DNA of 60,030 bases, counting the filler, from Sphacelaria rigidula (lineage: Eukaryota), in assembly GCA_964200075.2 (NCBI GenBank). It is 7 parts of 7 records of this genome, joined end to end, with 100 filler letters (N's around TTAATTAATTAA, not from the genome) between each part and the next. Parts side by side here need not be neighbours in the genome. Positions count along the whole stretch, not along the records: positions 51,543 to 60,030 come from CAXNAA020010993.1; 6 more parts are not named here. One strand, 5' to 3'. The notes under the pieces were generated by a model that was not told the origin of the DNA, did no database searches, and worked only from the letters and a program-made list of their open reading frames with translations. Numbering within the stretch: the first letter of the stretch is position 1; every line of letters begins with the position of its first letter. This document shows, one piece after another, positions 51,882-60,030 of this stretch. The translations under genes were made by a program, and so were the position numbers.

Positions 51882-54800
51882 GGCCTGGTTGGATTTACGT
51901 TCAGTCCCTCCTTCCACACTACTGGGTTGTTCTACGTCAGCTACTCCGTCCCGGGAAGCGGAGGCGAGGTGAGGGAGATACCAAAAGACGACCTGGAGAA
52001 GGCAGGGCAGGGTCTCCGTAGACGAACAGATAATTATGACCCCGGATCCTGTAGTTGGATGCTTGAGCTTGATCTGCACGTACACGGGCTTGCGCCTGTT
52101 TGATTTTGCGGCGCCGGAACGCGTTACTTCGTGTCCCGTCGACAAGAAGGCGCAGGTTGACGATCTGATGGTTGTACCGCGTGAGTGATTTGTCGACAAA
52201 ACCAGCGCTCGATGAGGAAGCCTGGTCCCTCCAGGAGTAATTTGTGGGGTATTTTTCATGGTCCATGACTGACATGAAGTCGACCTTAATTATTTCACGG
52301 GGCCAATACGGCGAACGTGGAGTCACTCCGCGTGGGAGACACTCCGCCGCCCTGCTCCATCGCACATCCATAAAACACAACATGGGGGATTATGTACCTT
52401 CGTTCCCTGTCGTCCTCCTCAATGTTATTTTCTCGAATTATTCTCCTGAGTCATTTCGGTGGTTGGTTTCTGACTGGCGAGGAACACGTGCGCCTTCGCT
52501 TTTGTGTCCATCGACCTCCTTCGACCGCACGCTGCAGTGGGCTGCAAACCGTCTTTCGAAGATGGTGTATGACCCGTCTAGCCCTGAGGATACGCTCGCC
52601 TCGGAGGAGATCCTGATCACCACAAGCGACAAATTGTCAACGCTCCACTCGGGAGGGTGGGTCGGGTTCAAGCCCTCGGCCTACGCCGAGCCCACGGTGA
52701 GTCACGAGAGTAGAATGTGGAGTTCAAAATGAGTGTGCTTCGTGCCGTCTATTTTTCCAGAAGCGATATACTCAAGGAATCGAAGTTATGACACCACTTG
52801 TGTTTCTTGTGAACGCTCCAGCACGAAACACGCCTTGCACAAAAACTCTTGTTTCTGGACACGAGGTAATGTAACCGCTCACTTGATTCGTGTACTGTAT
52901 GGTGGAACGGTATAGAGAGCTCAAGTTGCCTCTGCAAGTATCGTTTCCCCGTTTAGGGAGGGGGGGGGGGGAGGGTGAGCAGTTCAATGTGCGTACACAG
53001 TTAGAATGGCGAACGTGGGTTCTGTTTTGCAACAGTATACTGTTGAGAGGTTTGCGACCAGTCGATTCCAAAAGCTCAAGTCGACCAACCACGTCGCCAA
53101 CACCTCCCAGCAGTCGTTTGAACCTCCATGTCATGGGGCCTGTCATAGGTGGATCATATTTTTTTCACTGCACTGTGCGCTCTTGCCACTGTTGCGCTGT
53201 GTCATCACAACTTTGCTTCGAGTTGCGTATGCTGCAAACCGCCCCGATTGCTACACAGCAGGTGGTTGCTCAGGCCCCCACTTTGGTTAGTGCTGTGCGC
53301 TTGGATCTGCATGCACAACTCGCTCGCTATTTGCTCGGCTTCTATTTTCCCAAAACGTTTGGTATAGCCGCTGTACGCCTAGTGCACGCACCTGATGCAT
53401 TGTCGTGTTATTCTGAAGAAGACTGGGGCAAGTGACAAGACTCATCGCGCTCAACACTGTCCACAAGGAGGCACGCGAGTGTCACCTTGTTGGTTGTTGT
53501 GTACTCACTATGTCTCTATTAGGAATAGGAACGGTGCTCCGTCTCGAGAGGGATGCGGGGTCAAAGGTCAAGTGACCAAGGCAACCAACAAATGCGTACC
53601 CCTCCCCCCCTCCCCCCCCCCTGTAGTGAAATGCGGAATACCTCTGCGAAGTTGCTCGTATTACTTACACAGACAGCAGACCCCCCTATGTAGGCTGCAA
53701 TGCGCAGGGGGACCGCATGCTTGATGAACCGCATCGTTGTTCAAAACACCTCAGGATCGACGTTTTTCAAAATCGATCGGGCCTGTCCCTGTACGGACCA
53801 CGGCCCTGACCCTAATCCCAACACTAACCCTGACCCTAACCCTAACCGTAGGGATGTTTTACTTCCGATGCGCCCTCAGCCAGTCTTTCAACAAGCCTTC
53901 CTCTTCCGTCATCGTGCGCACTGTTGACCAACAACAAACAGGCTACCTTTCACGATCTATACTGGTCCATCGGCGATGGAGGGCCGCAAAATGACCTCTC
54001 CGATCGGGGCCAAGACGTGGACGAGTACCATGGAAGCATCGTCCGCATTTCAGTGCCTTCCACCGCCGGAGCAAGTGGATATGAGATTCCCATCGATAAC
54101 CCGTTTGCCTCCGGAGGTAAACACGCCCAGAATACACGCAGAAATCTCCTATCAATCACTTCTTTTTTTAGGGTGTAAATATTCAGAGTTTCCCGTTCCA
54201 CAGCGCAGCAGCCTCCCTTCAATGTATGCGGTCCGCGGTACTAGGTTTGATTCCATACTTCTCCGTACCGCGACCACTTCGCTGTCGCCGTGTCCCGTAT
54301 TTCGAACGTATCTGTATCCTTTTCATGAGACGAGATTCGCATACATTCTTGTTTCACCACGTGGATAATTTGAGTTATTTTTTGTCGTTCGCACAACAGG
54401 AGGGCTGGGCGAGATCTGCGCGTACGGATTCCGCAATCCCTTCCGATGCAGCTTCGACACGGAGACAGACGAACTCTACTGCGGGGACGTCGGACACGAG
54501 AGCATCGAGTCCGTCGATCTTGTTGAGTGAGTTTGACCAGAGCGTTCACTTGACAGAAGGATGCCTTCGCATCATGGAACATGACATACGGGACAGCTCG
54601 CTCTACGCGTTCGCTGATCCGCCCTCCCTCCACCCGGAGCGGCTTGTGTTCCGCGTCTGCTTTCCCCCACCTGTCTCGGTGCAGTGCAGCTGTCGGCCTA
54701 AACCTTACGATTGTGCCATTCTGAATATCTTTTGCGTCGACTTCTCCCGCACGATCCTCCAAATGCTCTTCCTTTCAGTATCCTTTGCATCCATATCTCT

Positions 54801-57800
54801 CCCAGAACACCTTAAATGTCTTTCGGTGTATGCCCGAAACCCCTCACATATTTTCAACGTCGCCCAGAGCACTCATATTTTTGTATTTTTCATGGGCACG
54901 CCACACCTTCTGACTGGAAAATAACCATTCTCCAGGGCATCCATGCATCTACCGACGCAATCGCTATGTTATTCGATCGATACATGAACGGATGTATCGG
55001 CATGAAAGATATCGAAATCGGCGCCGAAGCCAAAGACGTGAGATCGTTCCACTGACGTTCACCTGATGAAAGATCCTCCGATACACACACCACCAACGCC
55101 CTCCACGGCACGACAAAAACCATCACCAGGTGTGGTAACAACTACGGATGGAGACGCTTCGAGGGCGATCGGTGCTCGGAGCAGATCGAGGACGAGTTCC
55201 CCGAGCCTTGTGAGACGGTAGACAGAAGCCCCTTCACCTTTCCCGTCTACCAGTATTGCCACACGGACTACATCCCGCAGAATGAGTCGGCGTATCTCGT
55301 CGACCAGGATATCTGTGGTGACCGTACTATGGATGGTGGTGCCATCATCGGTGAGACAGTTTTGGATTTTGAGCACTGCAAAATCATTGAATGGGATCCA
55401 TGCATGGCCTCGAAAAAATACCGTTTGACAGCGCAAGGTTTTAAACGACAGTCGGAAAAAGCAGTGCCATAGACGCCCCTTCCTCGGGAACTAAAGAGCA
55501 ACCAGAGAAAGGCGGTGTGCTAGCGTCGTAGGAGACTGGATTTTCGTCCCGTTGAACAATTGGATATCCTTTTCGATCCAGTTGTGCTGAAATACGTCCG
55601 TTTTGAAACAATTTCCTTGCGCGTGTCTGAAGTTACCTGACAAGAAAAATACGAAAATAGTCGGCCATCACATATGCTGAGGTGAAATTAATAGAGTAAG
55701 TACGATGGAGCAGATTGGCGTTTTTCAGCTCAGATAACATTCATACTTCGACCGACTCTAATGGGAGCCGTTCAAAATCTCTGTTCAAAACTGGCTTTTT
55801 GACCCTTGTTCGTCGTTTTTTGCCTGAAAAGGGGGCTAGGCGGATATTGACGCCTTGGAATGACTTGCTCTATTCATTGAGACCGTTCCAGAGCACCCTT
55901 GCATTTCCCGCTGGCCGCACTTATATTTTTGGCTGAACACGATTTTTCTAATGAAAAACGGTCAAGCGATCAAAATACTGGGGGAAATTTTGATCATCTG
56001 ACCGTTTTTTACTGGAAATCTGTGTTTGGGCTGATTTGGTCAAAAACAAAAGTGCGACCAGTGGGAAATGTAGAGTTGCTCTAGACCGGTAACAACGAGT
56101 AGAACAAGTCATTCCGAGGTGTCGACACCCGCCTAGCCCTCTTTTTGAGCGTAAATCGGCGGAGAAGGGCCCAAAAGGCAGTTTTCGACAGGAAATTTGA
56201 ACGGCGCCCACTAGAATTGGCCTTAGGGCGTGTCTTGGCACATTATTTTTCGATCGAAAATATGCGGTGGAAAAGGAGAACTGTGATCTGGTCGAAGAAA
56301 CTTCAGCCATGGTAGTTTATTTTGAAGATGGTTGAACTCACGACCAATCCGATCAGGATTTTTGTTTTCCACCGCACTTTTTCGATCGAAAAATGATGTG
56401 CTATTAATAAGACACGGCCTTATACCCCCCGAACAGCTCCTCGTGCAGCCTGACCGGAACGTCTCGTAAAAATGAGATGTTATTAATATAAGCCCTAAAG
56501 CTATCGGTCGGAATATCACAGCAGCACACAGACTGAAGACATGATTTTCCGCCGGCGCGGGCCGGCGGTCTGGTCGTATAAACGAAACCGTTAGGGCAGA
56601 ACCAACGTGGACTCGAATTCCGCCGGATGCTTGTTTCTTTTTCTTTCAACGTACCTGATTCCCATTATTCAAAGCGTGAAGGCGTGGGTAGAAAAAATAT
56701 TTGGTATTACTGAACTCGTTTGACAAGAGTCGACGCAGTGCGGCAATGGTGATGTCCATGATCCAATCCGCGAGACCAGAATGCATAGCGTGTACCCCGG
56801 GGAATATCTGAGATCATTCCTTGGGACTACAGACTCGTCCCAAGGGAGGGGAGGGGTTCGAAGCGCGACGAAACCTGCCAGACGGTGAAAACAAAATCAT
56901 AGGCCATTGAACGAGGATTCTGAAATAAAGAAACGAAATCATGGGCGGTTGAAAAATGATAGCTTCTAAAGTATAAGTGGGCACGTATGAGACCCGCAAA
57001 AAGCGCAATAAACACCGTTCCAAAGCGCACAACAACATTTTACTACTCGTTCATATCTTGGAAGAGGTTGTTCCGATTTGAAATGCTGAGGGCACTCCTC
57101 TTTCCAAAAATGATGAAAAACCACGGAACAAAAACAACAGCGAAATCTTTTGATGAAGGACTACTCTATTGCACCAACATTGGCCCATGCGCAAAGGGGG
57201 CTTGATGCTTATCTCGTCCTCCCGTTACCCCCTGTCTGTGCTGTTGTCAGGAGGCTACGTGTACCGAGGCGCGAAGTACAACGGTCTGCTGACCGGTCAC
57301 TATATATTCGCCGACTACAACTTGTGGTGAGTTGTGTTGAGCTGTACGTATTTTATTTGTTTTTGAGCGGTATCGGGTTTCTCCTCCCCGCCGTTTACTG
57401 CCTGATTCGTTTAGATCAGTGGAGAGCACGCAAACATGCCCGTGGTGCAAGTGTGCGAGAGTATGCCTCGAGGTTCAAACCGTGAATGCGTCACATCGAA
57501 GATCGTGGACGACAGTTTTAATGAAAATGGTCCTCTGCATGGGAGTCGTGTGCCCGTGTACGCGTATGTTTTATGTTTCAAGGTTTTGATGTCCTGCAGC
57601 CCGACAAGCTTCTGCTCACCTGACATTGAAAAGGAGTTTGGCTTCTTCTCCCTCACGACCTGGCATGCACTCCACCTGGTAACATATCGTCCATTTGCTG
57701 TTGCTATAACGCGTTGAGGCTTAGTTCCCCTTCCTCGCCATTCGCAGAACGTTCTTGCCTTTCATTCGTCTCCTCTGCAGCGCCCACAAAATGTTAGCAA

Positions 57801-58136
57801 CAGCCGTTGCTTCGCAGTACACCACGCTAGCGGATACTATCACATCGTAATATTGATTGATTGTCGCACTTGAACTGGCCCCCCAGGGGTCCAGCCGTTG
57901 TCTCATGATGGACGTACTCAAGGAAAGTATATCACTTTGTATACCTTGTGGTACAATCAACCTCACCTGCCTTGTTGATGAGTGTGTCCAATTCGTGTTG
58001 TACCATTATGTTTGATATATTACCCTTTCCTTTCAGGAACCTCAAGCATCTCATTCCGTCTGGCGAAGGGTGGGACTACGGAACCATCACCGACGACGAC
58101 GTGCCGACCATTATCTCCTTCAGTCAAGACAATAAC
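51882..58136 (+). CDS. Glucose/sorbosone dehydrogenase (PQQ-type)/HHIP-like beta-propeller protein, partial; exons 51882-51968, 52538-52696, 53942-54116, 54400-54526, 55130-55350, 57251-57326, 58037-58136
   Basis: Seven GT-AG exons all phase-compatible; motifs GLVGFTFSPSF..TGLFYVSYS, HSGGWVGF, LYWSIGDGG, GSIVRI, YEIPIDNPF, EICAYGFRNPFRCSFD, LYCGDVG, GNNYGWRRFEG, IIGGYVYRG, YIFADY, IISFSQDNN match the GSDH/HHIP-like family. Confidence 0.93.
53803..53847. repeat. Degenerate interstitial telomere-like (CCCTAA)n tract
   Basis: CCCTGACCCTAATCCCAACACTAACCCTGACCCTAACCCTAACC; a shorter one at 35914-35931. Confidence 0.6.
55750..56215. repeat. Second copy of the palindromic repeat, in a GSDH intron
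   Basis: Colinear with 16410-16850. Confidence 0.75.
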
Positions 58137-58209
58137 GTGAGTTGCCTGCCGTGTGTGTTGTGTGTGCCGCGTGTCGTGTGGGAGGGGGAGGTCGCATCGT
58201 CGTGCAGTC

Positions 58210-58863
58210 TCCATTTGGGATGTCGATATCCATCTGAAATATTGATACCCATCTGGGTCATCGATGTCCATCTGAGATATCCATCTGGGATGTCCATCCG
58301 AACCTGAGCTATCCCAGATGGTGGCACACCCGGTGTATGAATATCCATGTGGGACATCCCGTTGGCGTATTTACCTCGGATCCAAGGTGAATTTCGGGCG
58401 TTCATGCGGGTTAGGTTGTAATCCCCGTGTCTGGTTTGAGACTAGAGCCTCACGTCGGTTGCTTTCTCCTCTATATTCTGAGGATTCACGCCGAATGTCC
58501 GGTGAAGAATGCTGAGCACTACCCGGCAAACGCAACGTAAGTACTGAATACTACGTCATAAGTATTAGTTACGCGTTGGTATCATACATGAACTTGATGT
58601 CGACATGAACGATTCATCTCGGCTGTCCCAGAAGACGTCAATGTCTCGGATGGATGTTTTGAATGGGTGGCGATATCCGAAACGAATATCCCAGATCGAC
58701 CTGACATCCCACATGGTGATTCTCGACAGATGTCGTTTTTGGATGTGAGATGTCTCATATACCGTTCCCAGGAGTGAACATAATCCTTAACGGGTATATA
58801 TATATATATATATACATACATAATCCAGATGAACCCCAGGTGAACATCAATATCCCAAATGGA
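58210..58863. mobile_element. MITE with CCATCTGGG/GATATCC subrepeats
   Basis: TCCATTTGGGATGTCGAT / ATCAATATCCCAAATGGA imperfect inverted termini. Confidence 0.6.
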
Positions 58864-58974
58864 TATTCGTATCTGTACTGTGTACTCAGTGCACGATGTT
58901 GGAAGATTATAGGTCTTTGTTCATCTTATGGCAACAAGTGCACTTGGAAGTCGATACCCCCACCCCCTCCCCCT

Positions 58975-59943
58975 CCCCATGGGGTTGGCGTCCGTTAGCA
59001 ACGGCGCTGAATAACACGTCACTCACTGCGTAAGCTAGGCAACCAGGTTACCGTTTTTTTCGCGCTTGCGTGCTTTGCAGTAGGCATGATTGTGGTCGAG
59101 CTAGATCATTTTGTGCTTGGTGGGAGAATCTCAACTCCGCGCAAAGGGCATGATCATACTGCGTAGTGTTGAAATGCTGAGACAATCATGAGGCGGTGTG
59201 TGAACCATGGCTGTCTCTGGAAGTGGCGACACCAAAAGATGAAGTAGCTCCTTGGAGGCTGTCATCCATATAACAGCCGATCATCGAAATTGAGGATGAA
59301 GCTTTTCATTAAGGATGAGAATCCGGAGGATTAAAATCTTCGTATCCACACCACATCTTCAAAATATGGTTCAGTTTCTTCATCCACTGGTAGCTATTGA
59401 CGGCTGCTGCACGACCTACAATTTTGGATTTCGATGACCGTTTTGGATTTGCGATGACCGAAATGTTGGGGTCCTAGGCGAAAAACAATTTCGGGGAATT
59501 TCGGCGATCCGATCGAATCATCTAAATTCCCCAATATGGTTTTCGCCTAGGACTCCAACATTCCGCTTATCGAAACCCAAATCCATGGGGCGTGTAGCAG
59601 TGTTAAATAGCTACCAGTAGGTGAAGGAATTGAACCATATTTCGGAGATTTGGTGCGGACATGAAGATTGTAATCCTCCGGGTTCTCATCCTCAATGAAA
59701 ATCTCTATCCTCAATTTCGATGATCCGCATATTATGCAAGATAATCAGTACGCTTCGAGCCGAACAATCTTAGCAGGATGCATCTCACCCTTCATGCACC
59801 CGCCGAACGCATCACGGCGCTTCGCGCTTGGTGATCGATTGCGAGCCTGGTTCAGCGAAAACCCGGCGTGCTCCGTCCCGGCTTTGTAGGGATGCGAGGT
59901 CAATGGTCATACGACTATAGCATGCAAAATCGTGAGTACCCCC

Positions 59944-59945
<2 letters not shown>
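58975..59945. repeat. Copy of the 550-bp dispersed repeat interrupted by a foldback insertion
   Basis: Colinear with 5044-5590 either side of 59270-59735. Confidence 0.85.
59270..59735. mobile_element. Foldback/palindromic MITE of about 465 bp
   Basis: GATCATCGAAATTGAGGAT... / ...ATCCTCAATTTCGATGATC; arms pair over about 220 bp up to GGGGAATTT / AAATTCCCC; absent from the 5044-5590 copy. Confidence 0.88.

Positions 59946-60030
<85 letters not shown>

Noticed and set aside
59946..60030. Poly-C tract (also G/C runs near 8400 and 17050)
   Set aside because: Homopolymer at a contig end following a repeat; length probably a sequencing artefact.

Overview
Eukaryotic, intron-rich, repeat-rich DNA, most likely a brown alga (inferred from repeat families, long GT-AG introns and gene content; not proven). 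The window is seven contigs of 8492, 8491, 8491, 8490, 8489, 8489 and 8488 bp joined by identical 100-bp N/TTAATTAATTAA linkers in descending length order, so adjacency across gaps is meaningless. Host gene fragments, all on +: a His/Cys-rich repeat protein resembling Castor-type double zinc fingers (3 exons), the last exon of a DHHC palmitoyltransferase, an FkpA/Mip-like FKBP (5 exons) and a glucose/sorbosone dehydrogenase/HHIP-like beta-propeller (7 exons). Mobile DNA: an integrase-deleted Ty1/copia element with half-tRNA PBS and non-matching LTRs, a decayed Ty3/gypsy, a copia gag relic, tRNA-derived SINEs, LINE 3' ends and many MITE/foldback elements. Best leads: the Castor-like zinc-finger repeat, a tandem pair of long G:U-rich hairpins (candidate miRNA cluster, 42193-42725) and a 659-codon frame interrupted only by three TAA codons.
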